Notes under the pieces: generated by a model
The model's input: only the letters and a program-made list of their open reading frames with translations
Databases searched by the model: none
Told to the model about the DNA's origin: nothing
Position numbers and translations under genes: made by a program
DNA from: Rickettsia typhi
GTDB taxonomy: Bacteria > Pseudomonadota > Alphaproteobacteria > Rickettsiales > UBA1997
Assembly: GCA_945862455.1 (NCBI GenBank)
Contig: CAMAXU010000005.1
Coordinates: 1 to 60,658, forward strand
DNA length: 60,658 nucleotides
Direction: 5' to 3'
In this document: in pieces, positions 52,497-60,658 of the stretch
How the letters are laid out: each line of letters starts with the position of its first letter
Numbering within the stretch: the first letter of the stretch is position 1

Positions 52497-53918
52497 ATGA
52501 AATTCTCCGACCTAAATTTTGAAAATCATTTTGAAAAACTTGGAACTGATTTCTTCTCAAAAACAACACCTCAAGCTCTAAAAAATTCATTGGTTGCAAC
52601 TTACAGCGCAAGCGCTTGCGAATTAATCGATCTCAATAAATCAGAATTTAAAAACCGCGATTTTCTTGATTTTATTACCGCAAAAACTTCTAACCAAAAT
52701 TCCACAAACCTCGCCATGCTTTACGCTGGTCATCAATTTGGACATTTCGTTTCGCAACTCGGCGATGGTCGCGCAATTTTACTGGCTCAAATAAAAAATA
52801 AAAAAAATGAAAATTGGGATTTGGTTTTAAAGGGTGCAGGCCTTACTCCTTATTCACGAATGGGCGATGGTAAAGCAGTTTTACGCTCTTCAATTCGGGA
52901 ATTTTTAATTTCTGAAAGCATGTTTCATCTAGGAATTCCAACCTCGCGCGCACTTTGTTTAATTGCCTCCGAAGAAAAAGCTTATCGAAATGGCATGGAA
53001 CCTGCCGCACAAATAATTCGCATGGCACCAAGCCATGTGCGCTTTGGCAGCTTTGAAATATTTTTTTATCGCAAGCAAAACGATAAAATAAAAACTCTCG
53101 CCGATTATGTTATAGAGCAAAATTTTTCAGAGTTGAAAAATGAAAAAAATAAATATGCATTTTTTTTGCAAAGCGTTGTTGAATCAACAGCCAAGATGAT
53201 AGCCAAATGGCAAGCTTTCGGATTTTGTCACGGAGTTTTAAATACCGATAATATGTCAATTTTAGGAATTACTTTTGATTACGGACCTTTCGGTTTTTTA
53301 AATGAATATAATCCTCATCACATCTGCAACAGCTCCGATCATGAAGGGCGTTACTCTTTCGCTAATCAGCCTTATATTGGAATGTGGAATTTACATGCTT
53401 TTGCAGTAACACTTTCGAGCCTGATTTCGATGGAAGAGCAAAAAGAAATTCTCAGCAATTATGAAAAAATTTTCCTCGATGAATATCATGCTTTAATGGC
53501 TGCGAAGCTTGGATTTGCAAAGGTCGATGCAGAAATTAAAAAATTAATTTATCAAACTTTAGCCCTGCTTACAAAATATAAAATCGATTACAGTTTTTTC
53601 TTCAGAAATATCACAAATTCTTACGCTGTTTTAAGTCTATCAAACGATGATTCATGGCGTGAGGCTGCAACAAATTGGCGCTTAAACTACCAAAAATTAA
53701 AACCGAATTTCATTAATTTGCCAAATCCAAAATTCATTCTCCGCAATCATTTATTACAAACTGCGATAGAAAAAGCCACTTACGAAAATGATTTTTCGGA
53801 AGTAAAGAAATTACAGAAAATTTTTACCAAACCTTATGAGGAGCAGCCAGAAAACGAAGATTACGCGGCACTTCCTCCAATTTGGGCAAATGAAATTTCA
53901 ATTTCTTGCTCAAGTTAA
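52497..53918 (+). CDS. ydiU: SelO/YdiU protein adenylyltransferase
   Basis: YAGHQFG, LKGAGLTPYSRMGDG and HGVLNTDN motifs; C-terminal SCSS. Confidence 0.95.
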   Translation: MKFSDLNFENHFEKLGTDFFSKTTPQALKNSLVATYSASACELIDLNKSEFKNRDFLDFITAKTSNQNSTNLAMLYAGHQFGHFVSQLGDGRAILLAQIKNKKNENWDLVLKGAGLTPYSRMGDGKAVLRSSIREFLISESMFHLGIPTSRALCLIASEEKAYRNGMEPAAQIIRMAPSHVRFGSFEIFFYRKQNDKIKTLADYVIEQNFSELKNEKNKYAFFLQSVVESTAKMIAKWQAFGFCHGVLNTDNMSILGITFDYGPFGFLNEYNPHHICNSSDHEGRYSFANQPYIGMWNLHAFAVTLSSLISMEEQKEILSNYEKIFLDEYHALMAAKLGFAKVDAEIKKLIYQTLALLTKYKIDYSFFFRNITNSYAVLSLSNDDSWREAATNWRLNYQKLKPNFINLPNPKFILRNHLLQTAIEKATYENDFSEVKKLQKIFTKPYEEQPENEDYAALPPIWANEISISCSS

Positions 53919-53987
53919 AATCAAAAAAATAATTTTATCAAAACAGCTTTTTATTGCATGGCGATAGAATCGCTAAAAATGACTATA

Positions 53988-55115
53988 CTAGAATTCTATA
54001 ATCCGCATTAAATTATTAGTTATGTATTTTTCTGGAATTAAATCCGAACTAGTCGCACTAAAAAAAGACTGCAAAGAAGTCGCAGCAATTTCCTCAAATA
54101 AATCTTTCTTTCTTCTTTCATCCAAATGAGAAACCACTTCGTCAAAAATTAAAACTGTCGGATGATTTTTATAATTAGCTGAAATCTTGGCGCGCGCCAG
54201 TGTAATTCCGATCATGATTGATTTTTGCTCTCCAGTTGAAGAGCGCGTTGCAGAGGCATTTTTTTCACGAAACAGAGCATCGAAATCGCTTCTGTGAACA
54301 CCAAAATTTGTTTTAAAATTCGCCAAATCTGTCGAGCGATTTTCTTCTAATTTATTTTTGTAATTTTCTTCGATTTGCACCGCACTTCGTTTCATAACTG
54401 TTTGTTCAATATCACCATTCACTAATAATTCCGGTTTAGGAAAACTTGATGAAAAAGATGCAATCGCTTTATTAAAAAATTCAATGGCCTCGATGCGCGC
54501 TGATGCTATTGCCATACCCAGTTCAACAATTTGGTTTTCGATTGCGTCAAGCCATTTGGCGCTACTTTTTTGAGTGCCATATTTTTGCAAAATCAACAAT
54601 CTTTCTTTGAGTAATTTTTGGTAATTATTGATGCGAGAAACATGTTCAGAATCAAGGTCGGAAACGATTTTATCCATATAATCACGGCGCTCACTTTTGC
54701 CCAAAATAAAAAGCTGTTCTAGTTGCGGAGTCAGCCAAATAAAATTTATTAAATGATTTTTGATATCGCTTTGACGCTTAGAGCTAATTGATTCGCCATT
54801 AATTTCAAAAAGCTTTTTCTTTTGCTGCGCGTTAAAAGAAATGCCAATTTTTTCAATAAATTCATGACCAAAAATTTCAGCAAAAAGACCAAATTGAGGC
54901 TGTTTATTTTTATTGACAGTATCATCAAAAATCATTTCATCAAAATCAGCGCCACGCATTGAAGAGCTGCGCCCAAGTAAAGTTAAGGCCTCAAGAATAT
55001 TAGTTTTTCCACTACCATTTGGACCAGCAAAAAGAACTAATTGCGAAGAGAATTCGATTTTTTTTGAGAGGAAATTTCGGAAATTTGTGAGGACTAACTT
55101 TTCTATTTTGATCAT
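53988..55115 (-). CDS. recF: DNA replication/repair protein RecF
   Basis: NFRNF, GPNGSGKTNILEA, GVHRSD, STGEQK and DEVVSHLD motifs; start revised to 55115. Confidence 0.95.
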   Translation of the reverse strand: MIKIEKLVLTNFRNFLSKKIEFSSQLVLFAGPNGSGKTNILEALTLLGRSSSMRGADFDEMIFDDTVNKNKQPQFGLFAEIFGHEFIEKIGISFNAQQKKKLFEINGESISSKRQSDIKNHLINFIWLTPQLEQLFILGKSERRDYMDKIVSDLDSEHVSRINNYQKLLKERLLILQKYGTQKSSAKWLDAIENQIVELGMAIASARIEAIEFFNKAIASFSSSFPKPELLVNGDIEQTVMKRSAVQIEENYKNKLEENRSTDLANFKTNFGVHRSDFDALFREKNASATRSSTGEQKSIMIGITLARAKISANYKNHPTVLIFDEVVSHLDERRKKDLFEEIAATSLQSFFSATSSDLIPEKYITNNLMRIIEF

Positions 55116-55149
55116 GTTACAAAAAGTTGTCACTTGGTGAATTATAAAA

Positions 55150-55314
55150 CTATACCAAAGTAAGAATCTATTGATCACAGTAGCAAAGTATTTTTGAGGG
55201 AAAATTAAAACTTAAAAAAACTTGCTGTATCAATATACCGCTGGTTTTTTTAAGTTTTAATTTTTACCAAAAAGACGAAGTTAATGCGATCAATAGATTT
55301 TTACTTTGGTATAG
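55150..55314. mobile_element. 165-bp palindromic MITE, family 2 (TA-flanked)
   Basis: 27-bp TIR CTATACCAAAGTAAGAATCTATTGATC / GATCAATAGATTTTTACTTTGGTATAG (1 mismatch); inner inverted arms. Confidence 0.8.
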
Positions 55315-55365
55315 ATCCTGAAGTTTTTTCAGAATCTAGCTTGAACTTATACTGTTTGAAAAATA

Positions 55366-56469
55366 TTAAATTCTAACCGGCATAATCACAAATACCGATG
55401 ACATATCTTTCGCTTCAATCAAAGCTGGAGAAGCCCCATCTTTAAATCGCATCAATAATTCTTCTTTGTCAATTTGACCGATAATATCCAGTAAATAACG
55501 TGAATTAAAACCAGTTTCAATGCGCTCGCCAGAATAATTCACATCTAATTCTTCATAAGCAAAAGAGCCATCATTGGTGTTGACCTGCAAACTCATTTTA
55601 CCATTTTCAATTATAAGCTTAACTGATCTGTGCTTATCTGTTGCAACAGTTGAAACGCGGTCAACGCAATCAAAAAAATTGCGACGATTAATCAAGGCGA
55701 TTTGGGTGTTATTTTTGGGCAAAACCTTGTCGTAATCAGGAAATTCGCCATCGATTAATTTCGAAACGATTGTCGTTTGATCGGTTGTAATTTTAATTTT
55801 TACGCGCGAAACCGCGATTTTAACTTTTTTAGAACCATCAATAATTCTTCTGATTTCGGCCACCGATTTTTTCGGCAAAATCACGCCAAATGGCGCTTTT
55901 AAATCAGAAACTAAAAATGACAAAGCAAGCCTGTGTCCATCAGTTGCAATGGTGCGCAACTCGAAGCCAGAATCTTTTTGCAAAGCCTGTAAAAATAAAC
56001 CATTTAAATAATAGCGCGTTTCATCGTTTGAAATTGCAAAACGGGTTTTATCAATCATTTTGGCAAATTTTTCTGCCTCAACTTCGATTTCCTCACTTAA
56101 TTCACCTTCCGATAAATTGGGAAATTCTGACGCGTCAATACAAGGCAGATTATATTTTGATTTACCAGATTTGATCTGCATGATCGTTGGGCTGTCTTGT
56201 GAAATCATCACGCTCGAGCCATCAGGAATTTTTCTAACAATATCAAAAAACATTTGCGCTGGGACGGTTGTAGAACCGCTGGTTTTCATGTCTGATTCAA
56301 AAGACGAAGTTACTAAAATGTCCATATCAGTTGCCAGCAAAACAACTTTATCATCTTTGGCTTCGATTTTGATATTTTGCAAAACCGGAATAGTATTTTT
56401 CTTCTCAACAGCGCCGTTAACATTGGCAATGGCTTTTAGCAGCACCTGCTTTGCGACTTCAAATTGCAT
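55366..56469 (-). CDS. dnaN: DNA polymerase III beta clamp
   Basis: ETRYYLNG, ATDGHRL and VIMPVRI motifs. Confidence 0.98.
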   Translation of the reverse strand: MQFEVAKQVLLKAIANVNGAVEKKNTIPVLQNIKIEAKDDKVVLLATDMDILVTSSFESDMKTSGSTTVPAQMFFDIVRKIPDGSSVMISQDSPTIMQIKSGKSKYNLPCIDASEFPNLSEGELSEEIEVEAEKFAKMIDKTRFAISNDETRYYLNGLFLQALQKDSGFELRTIATDGHRLALSFLVSDLKAPFGVILPKKSVAEIRRIIDGSKKVKIAVSRVKIKITTDQTTIVSKLIDGEFPDYDKVLPKNNTQIALINRRNFFDCVDRVSTVATDKHRSVKLIIENGKMSLQVNTNDGSFAYEELDVNYSGERIETGFNSRYLLDIIGQIDKEELLMRFKDGASPALIEAKDMSSVFVIMPVRI

Positions 56470-56634
56470 AATTTTAAAATTGATTTTTGGGTGAAATTTA
56501 GCCTTCAGAACTTAAGAAGGGAGTGGTTAAATTCAACTAGAAAAACTGATGAGTTACAGATTATTTTTGGCTTGGTTATTTTGTTAAAGTCCGAATGGAC
56601 GCAGATCCATAAGATCTCAACTATACCAAACTAA

Positions 56635-58512
56635 TTAAACCGCAGCATCACTCACATTTGGAACGAAGCTTGAGGTAGAAACATGGCTACTTCCGACTGA
56701 ATTTACCGAAGGTTTCCTGATTTCTTTCCCTGCTAATAGATTCTTAATTTCATCACCACTTAAAGTTTCATATTCCAGCAAAGCCTGTGCCAGTTTTTCT
56801 AAATCATCTTTTTTATCTTTAAGAATTTTTTTTGCACTTTGTAAAGCTTCTTCAATTATACGCTTAACTTCTTCATCAATAATTCTTCCCGTATCTTCAG
56901 AGAAAGTTTTTTGCGCCGCATAAAATTTTCCGCTATCTTCTTCACTATAATCCACCGCACCAATTTTATCGCTCAAGCCCCAGCGCGTAACCATGCTGCG
57001 CGCCATATTTGTTGCTTGTGCAATATCAGAAGATGCACCGGTTGTAACTTTGTCATAACCAAAAATCATTTCTTCTGCTGCGCGTCCACCCATTGCAACT
57101 ATTAAATCATCATGAAGTTTAGCCCTAGTTATTGAAAAACGGTCATTTTCTGGTAAGCGCATAACCAATCCCAGCGCCCGTCCGCGCGGAATAATTGTGG
57201 CTTTGTGAATTGGATCGGAATTCGGACAATTAAGCGCCGTAATTGCGTGTCCAGATTCATGATATGCCGTTAATTCTTTTTCTGATTTTTGCATGATCAT
57301 CGATTTTCTTTCCGAACCCATCATAATTTTATCTTTGGCCTCTTCCAAATTATCCATCGTAACCATTTTTTGGTTGTGACGGGCGGCGGTTAGAGCGCCT
57401 TCATTTACCAAATTTGCCAAATCTGCGCCCGCAAAACCGGGAGTTCCGCGCGCGATTGTTTTGACATCAATGTCAACTGCCGCAGCAACTTTTTTCAAAT
57501 GAACGGCGAGAATTTGTTCACGGCCCAAAATATCAGGATTTGGAACATTAATCTGACGATCGAAACGACCTGGACGCAGCAAGGCGCGATCCAAAACATC
57601 AGGACGATTTGTAGCAGCAATAATTACAACACCTTCATTTTCAGCGAAGCCATCCATTTCAACCAATAATTGGTTTAAAGTTTGTTCGCGTTCATCATTT
57701 CCGCCACCTACTCCCGAGCCTCTGTGACGCCCAACTGCGTCAATCTCATCGATAAAAACAATGCAAGGTGCCGATTTTTTGGATTGCTCAAACATATCGC
57801 GCACACGACTCGCGCCAACACCGACAAACATTTCAACAAAATCAGAACCCGAAATTGAAAAAAATGGCACGCCAGCTTCACCTGCAATTGCGCGCGCAAG
57901 CAGGGTTTTGCCTGTTCCGGGAGATCCAATTAATAAACAGCCACGCGGAATTCTGGCGCCAACATCAGTATATTTTTTTGCATCTTTTAAGAAATCGACA
58001 ATTTCAGTGAGCTCTTGTTTGGCTTCGTCAATGCCCGCAACATCGGCGAAAGTAACTTTGGTTTTGCTTTCTTGCAAAAGTTTGGCGCGCGATTTTCCAA
58101 AACCAAAAGCACCGCCGCGAGACCCGCCACCAGAAGCACCGCGAGCAAAAAATATCCACAAACCGATCATTAAAATGAAAGGTAACCAACCTAAAATTCC
58201 GGCAATAACTTTTTCAGATTTGCTCACTAAAGGCAGCGCGTTGATTTCAACACCCTTTTCTTGCAGAGCTTCAACCAAATTAGGATATTCTGGAAGATAA
58301 GTATAAAATTGACCACCACTTTTAAATTTTCCGACCAAATCATTTCCTTTGATGTCAACTTGATTAACTTCACCGGCATCAACTTTTTTCATAAATTCAC
58401 TAAAGATCAACTTGTTACCCGACACGCCGTCAGGACCGCCAATCAAGTTTGAAATTGTCATTACCACAGCAAAAATAACCAACCAGATGAAGAAGTTTTT
58501 TGAATTTTTCAT
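56635..58512 (-). CDS. ftsH: ATP-dependent metalloprotease FtsH
   Basis: [17 protein letters not shown] and HESGH motifs. Confidence 0.98.
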   Translation of the reverse strand: MKNSKNFFIWLVIFAVVMTISNLIGGPDGVSGNKLIFSEFMKKVDAGEVNQVDIKGNDLVGKFKSGGQFYTYLPEYPNLVEALQEKGVEINALPLVSKSEKVIAGILGWLPFILMIGLWIFFARGASGGGSRGGAFGFGKSRAKLLQESKTKVTFADVAGIDEAKQELTEIVDFLKDAKKYTDVGARIPRGCLLIGSPGTGKTLLARAIAGEAGVPFFSISGSDFVEMFVGVGASRVRDMFEQSKKSAPCIVFIDEIDAVGRHRGSGVGGGNDEREQTLNQLLVEMDGFAENEGVVIIAATNRPDVLDRALLRPGRFDRQINVPNPDILGREQILAVHLKKVAAAVDIDVKTIARGTPGFAGADLANLVNEGALTAARHNQKMVTMDNLEEAKDKIMMGSERKSMIMQKSEKELTAYHESGHAITALNCPNSDPIHKATIIPRGRALGLVMRLPENDRFSITRAKLHDDLIVAMGGRAAEEMIFGYDKVTTGASSDIAQATNMARSMVTRWGLSDKIGAVDYSEEDSGKFYAAQKTFSEDTGRIIDEEVKRIIEEALQSAKKILKDKKDDLEKLAQALLEYETLSGDEIKNLLAGKEIRKPSVNSVGSSHVSTSSFVPNVSDAAV

Positions 58513-58719
58513 GAAATTTTTTTAGAAGTTTGAAGCAATATTTATTGGTAAAGAATTTAGGAATGAATTGAGTAATTTCAATTGCTGATTATTAAAATTA
58601 ATCACATTTTTTATAAAAATTCGACATCATCCTTAATTCTTGAGATAGGCATAAATAAAAAGAGTTCATAAATTGTGGGATCGAAATAATAATGAACCAA
58701 ACATCTTGCTGAAATATTA

Positions 58720-59660
58720 TGATAACACTTTCATACACAGAAATTATGGCGCTGTCGCAAATCAACTTTTTCGTCGAACTTTTCGCAATTCTAAATTTTT
58801 TGAAACGCACGTACATCTAGGTACGCTTACCTTTCAAAAAATTTAGAATCACAAAAATTTCTTAGAAAAAATTGATTTGCGACAGCGCCATTATCGATCT
58901 CAAATCAAATTATAAGGAAGTTGAATATAGTTTATTCATAAGATTATAAAACTGTAACAAAGATTATCCAAGCTTGTTTTTGCTCGATGCGCAATATTTG
59001 TTTTCGCCTGTTATGGAGTTCAAAGAATTTATGAAAATTATATTATTATTGGCATCGGACATAAAGTTTTAGACTTCAAAGAGCTAGATCAAAAAAAAAA
59101 CGCGGACACATAATTGAAATCAACAGGGACTGGAAGATTTTTTGCCCTAGAAAGTAAATAAAAATATTTTTACTAAGGGAGTTAGTGAAGCTGAAATCGA
59201 TGAAATCGTTAGCGCTTCTGGACAGGCTGAAAAGTTTGCCGAGCTTATAAACTATCAAACCACTCCGTTTGTTGATCAGAAATTCAGAGCCAGCAAAGAC
59301 CACACTTTGATCGGTAATTCATTCGGAGAAGTTTTTGTAAGCTTTATGTTATTTTGCCATCCTGAAAACTTTAAAAAATACATCGCTATTGCTCCAGTTT
59401 TAGATTCTGAATATTATCAAGGAAAAAAGATGTTTGAAACTTTAAAGAGAAAAATTTCTGACACAAAAAAATTTGCTTATTTTGCAATTGGTGGTGAAGA
59501 GAGAGATAATAGTATTAATAACTATGTTGGCATAGTAGAAAAATCTTGTTTAAAAATTGCAGAACTTTCCAACATCGTCGGCAAAGTTGAAGCAATCGCT
59601 GCAAAAAATCATGTGTCAGTTGTAACTCCAAAGTATTTGGGGCGGATTAAAGTTCTTTGA
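58720..59660 (+). pseudogene. Decayed alpha/beta-hydrolase (IroE-like esterase)
   Basis: Fragments in different frames: YTEII|DLKS..EYSLF, DYPSLFLLDAQY, IIIGIGH, GQAEKF, TLIGNSFG; interrupted by a MITE. Confidence 0.75.
58748..58889. mobile_element. Palindromic MITE, family 1, copy B
   Basis: 18-bp perfect TIR GGCGCTGTCGCAAATCAA; 5-bp direct repeat ATTAT on both sides. Confidence 0.92.
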
Positions 59661-59944
59661 TGAGAATTTAGACTAAAATTTTTCTAAAAATAAATTTTAA
59701 ATTCAAAGACTTAGTATTGATAATTTTTTACGAAAGATTCGTTTATTACTGGGATATTGGCGTTTTAATCAAACTAAATATGATTAATTGGTTATTTTAC
59801 CTGTAGCGATTAGATAAGATACTGAAAAAATTTGGGGGGGGGATGACGATGCGGGAAAGTCGTTGAAGCTGCATCATCCTGAACTTTTTTCAGGGATTTA
59901 TCTATCCGTAATTTAATGCGTTAACCAATTAAATTTTAGACAAC

Positions 59945-59988
59945 AAAAAACCCGCTTAACTATTTAAAGTTAAGCGGGTTAGTTTTTT
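59945..59988 (-). terminator. rRNA operon terminator
   Basis: AACCCGCTTAAC...GTTAAGCGGGTT with A/T tracts. Confidence 0.85.
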
Positions 59989-60021
59989 ATTTTAATCGTA
60001 GCAATTTAATGTCACTTATAA

Positions 60022-60140
60022 GCTTGGCGACAACCTACTCTCACTGGACATAAAGACCAAATACCATCGGCGCGACATACGTTTCACTTGCGAGTTCGGA
60101 ATGTGATCGAGTGGTTCCATACCGCTATCCTCACCAAGCC
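60022..60140 (-). rRNA. rrf: 5S rRNA
   Basis: Minus strand contains CCGAACTCG..GTGAAAC, GCCGATGGTA and GAGAGTAGG; ends approximate; flanked by a 15-bp inverted repeat (60003-60017/60144-60158). Confidence 0.92.
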
Positions 60141-60267
60141 AACAAGTGACATTAAATTTATAATCGATAACTAGAGTAATACCTGCTATTTCAATTGTGT
60201 TGTTTATCTCAAGATTCTTACGAATCTTTAATTCGAGCTAGTGTATATTATACCACACATAGTTCAA

Positions 60268-60658
<391 letters not shown>

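Noticed and set aside
53900-53918. Selenocysteine in SelO
   Set aside because: The C-terminus is Cys (TGC) with a TAA stop; no in-frame TGA
57761-58300. Antisense ORFs over ftsH, rho, ahcY, dnaN, dapE and others
   Set aside because: Shadow frames of well-conserved genes
59834-59842. G9 tract as a phase-variation switch
   Set aside because: Intergenic, downstream of a pseudogene and the rRNA terminator; no target gene, and it could be a sequencing artefact
60141-60267. tRNA in the 23S-5S spacer
   Set aside because: No cloverleaf or T-loop; the inverted repeat around 5S is an ordinary processing stem

Overview
AT-rich alphaproteobacterial chromosomal segment, most consistent with an early-branching, metabolically rich Rickettsiales lineage. 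That is an inference from a Rickettsiales-style giant VirB6, type IV pilin-like genes, RPE-like palindromic elements and an alphaproteobacterial-type 23S 3' end, together with proB, hisG, ilvC, ahcY, prs and a lexA-like gene. Most of the window is housekeeping: rho, thyX, uvrC, glmU, secF, rpsT, serS, dapE, nuoHIJK, rne, greA, recF, dnaN, ftsH and the 23S(3')-5S rRNA end. Highlights: (1) a small secreted ORF ending in a Pro-Pro motif directly upstream of a STAS-less SulP/beta-carbonic anhydrase fusion, a candidate ribosome-arrest leader system; (2) two copies of a ~142-bp palindromic MITE, each with its own 5-bp target-site duplication, one inside a decayed esterase gene; (3) a second, TA-flanked 165-bp palindromic element family and REP-like hairpins; (4) a LexA-like repressor with a Cys-Gly cleavage site, divergent from a stand-alone WYL-like protein; (5) Rho with a ~118-aa disordered N-terminal extension, UvrC lacking its C-terminal HhH domain, and an orphan 1537-aa VirB6 with a repeat-rich tail; (6) ackA and ohr gene remnants. 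All calls come from motif recognition by eye; no database searches were run.
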